From the NCBI GenBank assembly GCA_024704765.1, contig JAKMXF010000321.1:682001-746000 (forward strand): DNA of 64,000 nucleotides, read 5' to 3'. Both the position numbers and the translations under genes were made by a program. This document shows positions 36,501 to 51,500 of this stretch, piece by piece. A model generated the notes under the pieces. It made no database searches. It was not told the DNA's origin and saw only the letters and a program-made list of their open reading frames with translations. Numbering within the stretch: the first letter of the stretch is position 1; the number at the start of each line of letters is the position of its first letter. This DNA comes from Oopsacas minuta. Taxonomy: Eukaryota > Animalia > Porifera.

Positions 36501-39500
36501 TGGCCTAAAAAGGTCTGTCTACATTATACCACCATATCCAATATCTGTATTATGTATAATACATTGTACCAAAACGTATTACGTAATCGGAATACCGTAT
36601 TTCCCTGAATAAACGCCGGGGATTAAATAACTAATTATCATCATCACCCTCTGGAAAACTTTTTCAATAAAATTTAAGCCTTTTGACTATACAACAATTG
36701 GGAGAATATTTTTCAATATTGTTTGTATGCTAAAGATTGGAAAATACGATATGTAGCATATTTCTTGAATAAGAAAAATTGTGAGAGTGTGTATGTATAA
36801 TAATCAGCATAAACAAACCAGTAAAGGCAGATAACAGAGAAATTATGTTAGGCCTATCTCCACAACTATTAACACATAGCTCTGGTATAGTATCATAATT
36901 CAAGTGAGCGGGTGTATCCGTAACTCTTTTAACAATCCCTGTATCAATATCATTTCCTGTAGCTGTAACAGGAGAAGTAACGTATGTGTCTACAGAATTA
37001 GAGAACTCTAGCATCAAGATGAATCTCTCTACTCTATACACTATAGATGGTAACATAACACACAGCCTCCATAGAGTACTGGGAATAGGATGTGCTTTCA
37101 AGTGAGGAGAGAAGAAATATGTTTTATGTCTCTTATTATCATAATCTCGTTTGGGGAGATCCTTCCCTTGAGGAGTTTTGTGTCTAAAAATATGATAGAA
37201 CTAATTTCAGTCAACTTCCGTTATATCCGTTATATCGAAGCTCAAGTAATCGCGATAATTACTTTGATATAAGCGGAGTTCGATATACCAATCAAACATA
37301 TGTACTTTGTGGGTTTTGGTCCATATTTGTACAATGTAAGCAAGCATTTCGGTATGTTAGTGTTCGTTAGGAGATGGCTGTATATCACAAAAACAATTCG
37401 AAGATTAAAATTATCTATCATAACTGAATGGCAGAATTTGGGAATGGAAATTTGTCTCATGAAAGCCCCCACCAGTAGTAGAGAGGGTGAAAAATACCGC
37501 AATATACTCGACGCTATTAAAACCTATAATTTTCAATGAACAAGTTTAGGCAAGATAACATCTACGATGATAACTACCTTGAAGTTGTTAAGTTGTAATG
37601 ACCAGAGACATGTATGCCTTCTAATGCACTTCTAGAGTAATCTTCCTTAACAAATACCAAACCATATTTACTGGTAAGATGATCAGAATAAGTTGAGTAT
37701 CTTTCATCTGGGAATTCGGAATTTAGAGTAACTTCTGGTATCATTCTTATAATATGATAATATTGATTAGGATTAGGATGTGTGTTTGGAGGAGAAACAA
37801 CTCGTTGCACATAGAACTCATCTTCAAGTGAATTTAGAACTGCTTTTGATGTAAAATTATTCAAAGATTCTAAGTCAAAATCCCATTTTTCATTTTGAAG
37901 CTGTTTAAGAGGGCAAATCAAGAAACTTCTGTTGTTAGCCTGATCGGGTGAGAATTCAAAATTCCTACCTTTATCATTGTAACTCCAAACTTCAAGGAAA
38001 ACGCTATGCTGAAACTTTAGTATTTCTGAGTGTACCCTTTCTAGAGGGGTTTTGGTTTGTATTGGTTTTATAGTCACTTTTAAATTCAATCCATGATAGA
38101 ATACTTCAAACGTTGGTATCTACGTAGAAGCAAGAATATAAATATAATACATTTATTTCTCAGTTAAAACAATTGAGAAATAGCTCTATTAGGTAAAATA
38201 TCTGAACCTTTAATGGTGTTTTTAGGCTCAAGCACACGCCCAATAGACAATATCAATTATACTTGTATAAATTCAGTATAATACTACATGCAAGTTGATT
38301 TGTTGGTACATTTGGTCACATTTGGTCATGTTGGTCATGTTGGTCAAGTTTGTTCAGAATGGCCATAGAAGATCAATCAACTTCAAGTAGAATGTCTATG
38401 TGGCCAAAGTGTGGACAAATTTGGTTATACGACCACAAGTTGAGGAACCCTGTGGGTTAGAATATAGCCTCTGATTATGATAGATTTATCAAAACAAGTA
38501 CATATGTTTAGTATTTTGATTGTATACAAATCATTTATGTAAATACCTCTTTATAAGGGACTTTCTCAGCTGTAATAATTCCAATATAATTATTTGGTTT
38601 AACTTTTTCATACCTCTCGTTGCTCTCCTGTCCCCAGTAATCTGCTCCACTCTCTTGCAGTACAATAATAAATATATAAATATAGTTCTTATCACTAATG
38701 TTGACTGGTTTACTCAATGCTGACGGAATCTATAGAAATAAGTATATGGTAAATCTTGCTCAGTTACATTATATGGCTGTGTTAAGTTTCTAATACAAAT
38801 TGTATGGTAGAATAATCGTTAAACCCATAGAGTGCGTAGATTTAGTAATGTATCTTTCCTCTCTACATAAATACATTGAAAATATATTATGGAAATAATA
38901 GAATTCTATACTTGATGTGTTTGGTTCATTAACTACCATTCGAGCCTGTTACGAAGAGAAATAAGAAGCCAAAAGAGAGGAGAAATTCGACCCACAAATT
39001 AGATAGTCTCATATCTTCTTACAAAAGGAATTCATTATTATAGCTAATCATATTTGAGATAGAATAATAAATTAAGTGAGAGAGAAATGAACAGTCGAAT
39101 TTTGTCTTCTTGCGTAGTCGTATTAGCCCTACTGATAAGTCTCAATGTAAAATGCTCCAGTGGGAATGACTATAACTGTGTGGGTTGTACCCTGGTGATA
39201 GGGTTGGTACTAGAGTATGTCGAGTTTAACAACCTCACAATGGAGCAAGGACTTAAGACGCTATGCTCATATCTCCCCGCCGAATACGGAGTAACATGTA
39301 AAGAGCTAGTCAATATATTCGAGATACCTTTACTTCTAATCCTCGAGCAAACAAGTCATCCAGATCTGATATGTAGAGGATTAGAGCTATGTAAAGGTAA
39401 TTCTACGAAATGCACTCTATACCCCAAGAGCAGAGATGTACCAGCAAAAGGCATAATCAAAGGCAACCAGTATCGGCCGGGACAAGTTAAAATACCAAAG

Positions 39501-42500
39501 ATTCCTGATGATATCTGTGATTACCCGCCTTTCAAGGAAATCTGTAGAATAATAAAACAGGTAGAAGACCATTATCCCGCACAAGACTTCGATAAGGATC
39601 ATTTCTCGACAATACGAACACTGAGAGGATCGTCTTGGAGAGGAAAGGATTGTAACGATTTTAACAAGGACATATACCCAGGTCGCGGAGATGGTAAAGA
39701 CATTATAGTAGACACTAATTGTAATGGAATAGTAGGAAGTGATCCTGATACCGGGGAGAGCTATGAGGACATGTGGTGTAAGGGAACACAAGCTATGGGT
39801 ACAGTGATACTTGGAGATAGCGTAGGAGCACATTTCCATCTACCAGAAGAATTAGTAAATCCAACGCTAATAGGCCCACTGACCTACAAATACTTGCCGG
39901 AAATGATCGAGAATGAGCTTGACTGGCCTATGGAATCAGCTGCTACTGGCTATGAGGAATCTGTATGGGATCCAGCTAAAGGAGAAGTAATATCTCTGTA
40001 CAGACAATTACGTAATAAGAATCGCTGTAACCATCGAGATTACCATAACATAGCGGTTAATGGAGCTTGGTCTGGAACTAATAGCATGGGAAAGATCGAT
40101 AAAACTTTGACAAGAAACGCAACAGTAGATAAACCAGTGTTCCTAATACTCGCATTACTTGGTAATGACGTGTGTAATAGTCATCATACGATGAATACAA
40201 TGACAACAGTAACAGAGTTTAAAACGAACATGAATGCTGTACTGGATTATCTTGATGGGTATCTACCCGAGAAATCCGTCGTTGTATCAGTGGGACTAGC
40301 TGATGGTCGTGTTTTATACGACAACATGCATAATCGTATCCACCCAGCTGCTGCATTTTCAAGAGATGTTAACTACAGAACTTTTTATAACTTTCTAAAC
40401 TGCTTAGAAATTAGTCCATGTTTTGGCTGGCTTAATGACAATTCAACCTGGAGGAGTATGACCCATCAACGAGCTATGAACTTAAGCCAAGGGTTAAAAG
40501 AAGTTGTTAAGGCGAAAAACTTCAAAAGAATAATTGGGATATACATGGATAGTCCAGTAGCAGAAATGATATCAGACTGGGAGAAGCAAGGAGGGAAGGG
40601 ATGGGAGTTGATTGAGCCAGTGGATGGGTTCCATACGAGTAGAATGGGACAAGCTCAAACTGCTAAAATTCTTTACCAGCAAATGGAGAAGAATTATCCA
40701 GAAATAATACCTCCGGTTAACCCTCATAATGAGGACATTGTGAACATGTTCGGGACACAGAATGGTCATTAGGAGACAGCTAAGTTGAACTAAGCAACCT
40801 TTCTAGTATTTTTAACATTATATTAATTTTAAGCCTTTCTTGTGTACGTATACTCAGCGTTTCTATTAAAATATGTGTTTTTTTAATATGAAATTTAATA
40901 ATTATCTATTCATATGTATTTAACTATCTCTTTCTCCATGTATACCCTCTTCTAGCTCTCATTCTACCTGGCTTTTTCCCTTCTCTCCTACGTATATCTC
41001 TCCAGAGTAGCCCTGCATTAGAAAGAGTTTCCTCTGCTTGTGGTTCTAAGAAGGCGAGACATTGCGCGAGAGCAAGTCGAATAGCCCCAGATTGCCCAGA
41101 GTGTCCTCCGTCAATAACTTTACAATCCATCGAGTATTTCCCCAATACACCAATAAGCTGTAGCGGATATATTATCTGCATTACATCCTGGAAATGAGTG
41201 AAATAATCGCTTACAGATTTTCCGTTTACGATAATATAACCTTCTCCAAGCCAGACCTGTACAACTGCAATGGAAGATTTACGCGTCCCATTTTCCTGAA
41301 CAATCTGACAACCAGATTCATGTCGGAAAGTAATCGTATTTTGGTTTAATGGATCTATCTCTACTACCTTCTCAAAGAAAGGTCTTACAAAAGCTAGAAC
41401 ATCATCATCAGCATTAGGATGGTTAATCAACTCAGTCAATTCAGCAAGAATTTTATCATAATGCCAATTAGTCAGAATCTCACCAATCGCAAGTTCCACA
41501 GCCTCTTTATCCGCGTATTTAAACGCATTTGTATCTAGTATAGTTTTCAACGTACAGTCAGGATGTAGTGGAAGTTCTGGAATGTTATTCGGTTTGAAGG
41601 TAATGTCTTCAGTCTCAAGATACCGCTTGAATCTGATGGTGATAAGTTGGAAGTTTTGGAAGCACGGATGTCTCATGTAAAAGCCCGCTTCAAGCGGTCG
41701 ATTATCCCGATCAACTGTCTCTACTTTAAACTCTACTCTATCTCTACGTCTCAACAATTCAGGATGTAAAATTTGAGGCTTGGCAGGGATCGGACGGATA
41801 TGATGGGGGAGTAAATAATTGAGTGCTTCTTTCATATCCTTCTCAGTAAATCCTACAGGATTAGCACCCATCATTTTAGCTAAGCGATGTTTAGCAGCTA
41901 TATAATGCTTCATTTGTTCTTTGTAGTGCTTTGAGTATGTCGTAAGTGGAGTATCTTTAGCGAGAGTACTCATGTAACATGATTGTAGTATACCATTGTA
42001 TGTTAGGAATGAACGACAAGTGATGAAGGTAGTTCGATACATAATTTAACCCTAAAGTAATTAAGAGTACTATTATAGAGTTGAAAATATACGGTAAACT
42101 AACTCCCGGTCATCGCCAAGTCGGTTTTAACGAAACTCCTGTTAAAACTAAGTGAATCGTTACACCCAATAGCTTGAAATTAATTGATTTTATTCCACAT
42201 ACAAAGAAATGCAGCTTATAATGAAATGAAACCGTGGTCATGAGCATTTCTTATAACGACAGTTTACTGTACATATGTTATTACCTATTTAGCCAGAACC
42301 GAATAATTAGTATTAATTAACCTTGAAAATAAGGTTCGCAGGCATGGTAATGATCTCAGGATAGACTATACAGTTTACAATTTAATTCACTTAATATGAA
42401 TCTATATTATCAAATTGCAAATTTTTTCTGTCTGTCTGTCCGTTGTCAAGGAATGAATTTATGGTATGTTGTATTGAATTCGAATTTCTCAATTCTGAGA

Positions 42501-45500
42501 TGTCGCATAACTATGTATTTATCGTGTTTATCAAGAATGTAAAGATGATTCAATAAAACTTGACTAAATATATTATATATACTTAGATTAGTGGAAATAT
42601 AAATTCAATTCCCTTATAAATATGAGGTGAAATTGTGAAGCATCTTTATTATGAATAAAATAATGGCCCCGTGGGTGTTACAATAAGAGAGTAAAGCGAC
42701 CCTTTATAAAACATATCTTTACTGTAATACACAACAAGTGATAACCGCGATATGAATATTGTATTTCTAAATATATCCCCATTATTCAGTTAGGAATAAA
42801 CTAATGAGTCTACCCATAACACCCGAACAAGGAGCTGTAGATTGTATGTGCTAATACTATCCAGAATTGCAGAATTCGTAATATTTGAAGGGATTTAATC
42901 TAAAAGAGATTGAATGCGACTAAATATTCGTACCTATCATCATGAGTTTAGCACAATAGAGGATAAGGAGTACTCTCAGTAAAATACTTTTTTCAATAAA
43001 AAATTATGGTTAAAATACAACCAGGTTAGGAAAAGTACTAATTTTTATTTCCCAAAGGGGTATGACTGATCCGAGCTACTGTATTAATAGTCCACTGGAG
43101 TTAACATACAGTCCTGGCTCGCTTGGTATATTTCTCATTACGTCATCTAATACAATTGCCTAATCTCATTACCACTATGTATTATTTAATTACGTCACTA
43201 TTATGTATTTCTATTTATTAATTAGTAGAAGACTTTGCACCACAAGCTAGTTAAGATCTAAATATATAGAATAATATAAAACAAAATATACAAATCCTAG
43301 AAAACTATATTGGAATATATAAATCCAAATTGCGTCAGAATATCTTACACAACTAGTCAGCTACAAGCCTGACGTCAGACCATGCATTTCTAACAACATC
43401 TTCAATCAGAATACAGTCAGGATGAGAAATAATGATCTGTTCCTCGCTATTAGCTTCAGCTTCCTTGCTCTTAACAGATGCATCATCTGCATACAACACT
43501 AGTTGATGGTAAGGACAACAGACAGTACAGCGTTTCTCGTGACGGGTCTCGATATCCTTCAGGAATCTAAAGTCAATGAATCCTGTATCAGATTCACCAA
43601 AGAATCGCGGTTTTCTATGCCTTATGCCCTGAGATGTTATCCTCCATGTTGTTCTGAATACGCAGCAAGGACAACACCACCAAAACAGCCATTCACAGCA
43701 GTTATCGGCGTACGCGTATGATTTAACCGGAGTTTGTCCTTCCCATAGAGTTTTACCTCTGTCTGCTTGCTTTCGTTTCTTCTTCAACACTTCCATATAT
43801 TCCAGCATTTGTATACGATCTCCGAGCAGAAGTACATTCATTTCCTTCAAATGCTCATCTCTCATAGCCAGAATACAAACTCCGTTGACTTTATTATCCT
43901 CAAACACTTTGCTACAATATTCAAAGCCTAGAGGCTTAAGGAAGTTGTTGGTAACATCTCTCTCATTCCAAGACCTGACCTTGCTCACGTCCATTGATTT
44001 CAGTACATTCTCCGCATCAGCAGGGGTAATCTTAGGCTGGGTAGTAGCGACGGCCATTTTGTGTGTACAATTTCTGTTATGAATTGAATTCAATGCAATC
44101 TCTGATGGAACACGAAGTTTATACTCGTGGAGGAGATAGGACTATCGTACTAGGCGGTGTCTACGCAGTTTCAAATTACTAAAATATGATATTGTTTGCT
44201 ATAATTGTGTGTTACATAATACAATGCTCATTATAATAATGCATTATTGATAGAGATCATATCATACATCATAATGGTGTTGTGGTGCAAATACCATTCT
44301 ACAGAATTGGTTGTATAGTAGAGTCTTGGGGTAAGCATACTATTCATTCTTTGAGAATTGATACAATTTACAGATAACCAGATTGATAAATATAGAAAAA
44401 TATCACTGTACGACACGGGACCAACAAAAGCTAGTGGAATATTGATATGGCTGTTCAAACGTTAAGTAAAGATACAAAGGGTAAAGGGGGTAGTATGCAA
44501 AGTGTGACAACCCAATTCTTTTCGTATTACAATAGCGTGACACAGGGAGGAGAGGGGGAAATTTCGGGAATTTTGTGTTCGGTAACGCTTAAACAGTGTT
44601 TCTGTACAAATTAAACTAGAATGAATACATTAACAATACAAAATGTGTGAATAAAAGTACCTTTTTCTCATAATAGCTATTCTTGCTATCTGAAAGAGTT
44701 AACCCGGTTAGTTTGGATAAAAGTTCATCTCCAGTTCCTTCTTTCTTCTTCCCTTTATTAGAAGCTATCTGGAGGTAGTTATCAATTTCTCCCATATTAT
44801 GTAGCTTAACACAAGCCTTCATGTGAGCATCACGTTTCGCATTCTCAGTTGTGCTCCAAACTTGACTCTGAAAACACAAAATAGTGAATAAATCAAATAT
44901 ACGTACGTATAGAAACTCAGTTAGTACGTACTTTCTCCAAAACAGATGCTCAATTCTGCATTATAAGTACAGAAGACTATTCGATTAAGACATTACTTCG
45001 CTTAGTAAGTGGTAATATTTGTTTTCTGGGTGTGTATGTCTTATCGGAGTTATACTGTATTTACATAGATTCTATAAACAATCGATATATCGAGATTTGT
45101 AGCTTTTCGAAATGAGCTGAGTTAGATACAGTAACTATTATTATGTAGTGTAATCAGTGGCGTAGCAAGAGTATAATGTATCCTTGGCTCACGGGACAGG
45201 GGACTGGTATCATTTATCTTGACCTGAAATTACAGTAGAGTTAGCAGTGGAACCCGCATAAACCGACACTGAATAATCTGGAAGACTACTATAATCCGAG
45301 AATATTTCTGATGTGAATAGCTTCCAACAATACAAATTCACCTACATAACATAATCCGACAATTATTACAACAAAAATTTTCACGTCCCAACGAGTGTCG
45401 GTTTATGCAGGTTCCACTGTATACGGGAAAATGTAACCATCCATTAAGGCTTTAAAATGCTACTATTAATTAATGGGATAGTAGTACTTGGAAAGACATA

Positions 45501-48500
45501 TCTCATACACAAATACACAACTTACTTGTATAACATCTCTGATAGGAGCTCTCTCAGGTAGAATAAGGTTGCATACAAATCCAACCTTAAGAGGCTGATC
45601 AATCTTCTTAGTAACACAACAAGGTTTAGGAGTGTAAAATGGGTCCCTACATAAGCGTTGACAATAGCTAAAAGAGGAAGTGAAACTAGATTAATATAGT
45701 TTGGATGTCTTATCTTTAACTGGGAATTAATATATGTAAATCTTATGAATCAGCAGTTTCATCTATTAATACAGTCAGCTTAGTATAAGCTAAATGCATT
45801 AACGAATTAACATTTCTTACCAGTTAATAAGCTGAATAGCTGAAGCTCCCGTTATCTTAGCTCCAGTACTTTGTATAATGAATGGAGGGATATCCCCGAT
45901 ATCCTCAATCTGTTCAGAGGCTACTTCTTCCCGAGATCTACACGTACTAGTTAGAGTTTCCTCAATTCTTTTAAAAGTGTCTAAATTCCTCGTTTGTTCA
46001 GGCACCTCATCCTAATTGGTGAAAATAAAAAATCACTTAAATAATCTCATTATAGTGTGATGTTCGCTTATTAGCAATTCTTCCATTAGCAATATTCACC
46101 TAAAGTATTTCAGGAGTTCATTTTGTCTGGGAAATATTCCTCTAATACCAAATTTACCTATTAGCAATGGAAATTCGTGCAATATTATATATGCTAATAT
46201 GCACCTCCATCGTATGTGTATTGGCTACAACCTTACTCAAATCTTAATATGACAAAAATAGCCTTAAGAATAACATAGTCAAAAAATAGATAAATTTGAT
46301 AGGTACTTCTATTGCTAGGAATTTGACAGCCAGGTCAAATTAGATGTCAAAAAAGTCTATGGGAGCACACGAACTTTTCCAAACCAGAGAGTTCCTTTGC
46401 CACATATGCCAGATATAATACAAAACAGCTCAGCTGTTAAATTAAACATACCTTCTGTATCATGTGATACAGCATCGCATCCTTATTCCTAGCTCTCCCC
46501 TTAGACTGTATGTAGCTCCTGGGAGTGAGAGGAAGATCAAATCTTATTATTAAATTGCACTGAGGAACATCTAGACCTTCTTCCAATACATTAGTTGCAA
46601 AGAGTAAGTTCACATCGCGATAACGAAATCGTCTCAATTCCTGTTAAAAATCGTGGATTGTAGTTTATGAAGACAGGTAGAAATATAATAATGGTCAGAT
46701 TTATATTATAAATCTTGATTAATCGCTAGAATGGGGAAATAAAATACGTACTTCTTTTAGTTTCAATTCCTAGATATGCTAATTTCTGTCCAAATACACA
46801 CAGGCCAATATTAATCTCAATCGAATGGAGAGAGTCGAATTGTATAGGGACCTATACCATTACTCCATTAACATCTTTTAGAACAGCGGTTCCCAACCTT
46901 ATCACCCGTGGACCCTTTATACAATTTAACACATTCTGTGGACCCCTCCCCCCTAAACTGCAATACAAAATTTGAAAACCTGCTCTCGACCACCAAGGGG
47001 CCTTAAGGGGCCATGTTGGGAACAGCTGCATTAATACTACCAATTATTATACTGCACAGTGTCTGTGTGATTAACATACCTTTTCCTGTTCATATATATT
47101 CATCTCTGCTTCTGGAACTACACTACTAGAACCATGTCCTACTACACTACCACTTTTAACAAAATTAAATCCTCTGGAATTCGAGGGATCTACAAAACTT
47201 GTAAAAATATGTTTCAATAAAACAGCTGATATTCTTCTGTTAACAAACACTATGCCAGACAGGATAGGCTCAGATTCCTGTGAGGGAGCCTCATCAGCTG
47301 ATTTAGATTTCTGTAGCATGTTAAACGTCTTAACTAGCTCACATAATTTTAAAACCTTAGGACTATAAGCACTTTCTCGTTTATATCGCGAATGAATGTC
47401 AGTTTTTAGCGTTTTGATAACAGAAATTGTGTTGTCAATGAATGAGTAATCTAGCTCAGTAGGAATTCTCTGTGTGCTATAGAATAAGTTCCATCTATAA
47501 TACTTCAAATTTGATATATACAATTCTATACAATCTAGACAAGGGTCCGTCCCCAGTTCATTCAAGGCATAGATACAGTCTGCAATTGCTGTTTTACAAA
47601 CTTCCACTGTATTTCTAACAGGAAACTCCCAACCAGCGTATTTGACATTGTCTCTTTGAAGAAAGAAATTCAAAAATACTTTCATCTCTCCAACATAATC
47701 ATATCTATTGTAAGGATATATATCGAAGTATGCAAAACTCTCTGTGGGGTTAGTAACGTGCATTGACATTGAATTAGGATCTGTTGTAGTAATAGCCTTT
47801 GAGTGTAGAATAGCTTCAAGCTCTGATATTTCTTTCTCAACTTGATTAAAGTCTTTTAAGTTTCTAGCAATTGAAAAAGGATAAAAATCCTATTTTGATA
47901 GATAATATAATTATTAATTAGTAAAAACTACAAACCAGACTACAAAGAATTAATTGATAAATGAGTGGCCAAGGATAGATGCTGGTTCTGACTAAACTTC
48001 CCATCTGGCATCTTCTATCCATTGAGCATAGTTTTCCAACACGATATTAATCATGGGCTCCAACCAGGGGCCAGCAACCTAGGTTGCTAAGTGCCCTCTA
48101 ACAACCTATTTTGTGAGGTGAATCATGAAGTTGCTGGGGGATCAGTATGTAGCAAACTAGATTGTTGATTTGAAAATTCCTTTAATGGAATTTCGTTGAG
48201 AATATTTTTGATCAAATTTATGTCAAATATGTGTATAATACTGGTATACTTAGGGAACGCTAATTCTCAAGAGCAGCAAAATACACATTTATGAACTAGA
48301 ATATACGTATATACCTGGTTACGATAGAAGCACTAAGTCCTAGTATCTTAGGAATTTGACACTGTAATCTCTTAGAGTTATCTTCTAGAGTACGCATAAT
48401 CTCTCTATAAGGATGGTTCCTACGTGCATGATGACACTCATCAAATATTAATAATCCTATACTAGACACAAGCAGGACGCCTTTATTGAAGGCATTGAGA

Positions 48501-51500
48501 GCAGATTGTGCTATCATTACAAGAACCTCTACTCTCTCAAGCTCTTGTTCCCAATCCTCATACCCCCAGTCAGAAATACCTTCTCCTCCTATGTAGTCAC
48601 TGACAGAAAACCCAGTACTTCTGCGTATTACATCAGTTTGTTGTTTTACAAGAGCGTCTGAATAAAGAACATTATTAAACAATGGAAATTGTAAACGTTC
48701 AGTTAAACAAGGAAAAATCAATTAAACTTTATGTTTCCCCAAATATTTTTATCTAAATACCATTTAGTTAATACTGGCTAGGTCATGGATGCCTAACTTC
48801 CTTTCCGTTGAGTAACCGGACAGGTTGGATATCTGAGAGGTAAATATATTCCTAAGTATTTTGCTTAAATGCTCGAGAAACCTAGACATTGGTTATTGAT
48901 TAATGTGGTATAGAAGTCATCTCTAGTGACTTAATGAGTAGTATTTTTGCTATCAATAGTTGAGTTATCCTAATAATGTAAATGATGTAAACAAAATCTA
49001 CCGAATAACTACTTTTACTCTCAGCTTATTTCTAGCAGCAAAACTCAAATAGAGAAGAGAAGCACCAAACAACCAAATCACCATGGATATGAAAAGCAAG
49101 CTGACAAAGAAACTAATAACAGAAGAATACTAATGAATCTACTGTCAAATGAAATGACTGTGCTCGAATATACAGATCAGTTTGGGCTAACTGAAATGTA
49201 GATATCTCTCAACGGGAATGAGATAAGCTATGATTGCATATAGATTTATATAACAGTAAATCAGCTCAAAGCAAAGAGATACAAGAAAGATAACAAACCG
49301 ATAAAAAGATTCTTTCTGCATGAAGAGACGGCTCATATAATCACAACTACTATCAAGATGTATTACGTAACAAGTCGCCCTTTTGATTCTAATTTGTGAG
49401 AATATGCTAATTACGACATAAACTAACCACACGATACATAATATAGTGTAGATTAGTCCTCAACCCTGACCAATGTAAGACATTATATTGTTGATATCGT
49501 CTTGATAGTCAAGAACTATAGCATTTGAAATGTTAGCCATTATTAATTAAGTACTATACAGCTGATAGAGTATTAACTTTTATACAGAAAATAATTATAT
49601 TATATAAACATCACTGGTATTGATATTTCTAATATCATTGAAGATTATGATTGTAAATCAGTGCTCGATCAGCTCAATAACTTCATCCATTATATATAGG
49701 AGACCCGATACTGGGAAATTTATTATAAATTGTCCGTTGCTAATTAAGATAGGTGTATTATGTAAGTAAAGTCACTATAATGTATACACTGCTTTACTTT
49801 ACTGGAGAAATTATCCAGGAATATACATATAACATAGTTGTATGTCCGAATCAATCTTGATTGCATATGTTCTATAATATAATAATAATACAATACATCA
49901 TACACAGCTGGGTGAATTCATCTAAATAAATGTAATCACTTTGACAAATTTATTACAAATAATAATAATCCCAAATTAAAGATAATTCAACTATTATATA
50001 CAAATCATAAATACATATACACTTCAGAATATATCATACTAATGTGAACAAGAAAACAAAGACAAGCACTACGTTACTTTATGCCATAAGTATAATATTG
50101 TCATTGTAATGCATCTAAAATTCTAGATATTAGTTGTGATTAACGAATCGTTTCTTCATGAGAAGGAATCCATTTTTCCGGTATGTTATTCAATATTGTA
50201 AATTACGAGCCTTTGGCTCGTTGCTTCGCGATGAACTCGGCGCTATGCGTCTCGAGGTATTTAACGGACAAACAACAATTGAGATTTAATAATATTGCTG
50301 TTGTTTACAATATTCAGACTCAACATACTCGATTACCCCAGGATAGTTGTTGAAAGTATGATTCTACCTCAATTTTGAAATTTGTTCACTTTATATTCAT
50401 AAAAACAACAATAAATTTACATATGATTAATCCAAAAGTGTGAAAATCGGATTCAGCATGTTCGATATATTCAGTGAAGTTTCATTGAATTCTATTTAGT
50501 TCCTTGATAAACACAATAAATACATAGTTATGCGATAATTTCAAAATTGTATACCGTAAATCCTTTCCTTGACAACGTACACAAACAGACAATCAAACAA
50601 ACAAACAACAATAGAGATTTCATAATATAGATATACATTTGTATTTTCCAAATTTATGGATAATTCTTTGGTCACAGAGTCCGCATTCACACTTTACTAC
50701 TTGTATAGTTGAAAAGTTCAATATTTTTAATGCTCAGAGAGAATATGGCTGAGATAATTGAAGGGTCAGAATATTTTATATATTAACTGGCATATAAAAA
50801 ATATAATCAAATAACGCCCGTCATGGCCAGTTTCCGAAGAAATTACGGATGAGAAACAAGTATTTAATTTTACATAGCCAAATACAATTAGAAAAAACCT
50901 CAAAAGTTACATTCAAAACTAAATATGACTAATAAGTATAGGAGAGAAATATTAAAAATAAGAAACAAAAGTAGGATCCTCGTACATTTGGTACACCTTT
51001 TCATCATTTATATAGAGCTACGAAGCTGCTTCTAATCAAGACAATAATGGATCAGAACAGACTTGATAACGATATCTTTCTCTGTCATAAAACCGGCTCT
51101 TAATGCATCTTTTAGCTGTGACATACATAATGTTCAGGTTTACAATCATAAATATAAAATATATAAGAAGATCAATGAAGTTATTGAATACCAGGCAATA
51201 ACTGCAGATTTGAGTCAGAGTTGCAAATGGGTCACATGAAGTGACCCATGACCCATGTGACCCATGACCCACTGACCCATGGGTCATAACCCATTTATTA
51301 TTTTAAGATCCATTCTGACCCATTATGTATTTCATTATTAGGAGCAAGTATAATGTAAGTATTTAGTCTAACACAATAATTATATCAAGTTGTTTTTATA
51401 TCCTTCCAACAAAACAGAGACAGCTTCAATAGTTTCTGGAAACATTGTATTCCGTTGAGATGTTACGATATGCCGAGCATTAAAGGCACTAAAGTGTCTA

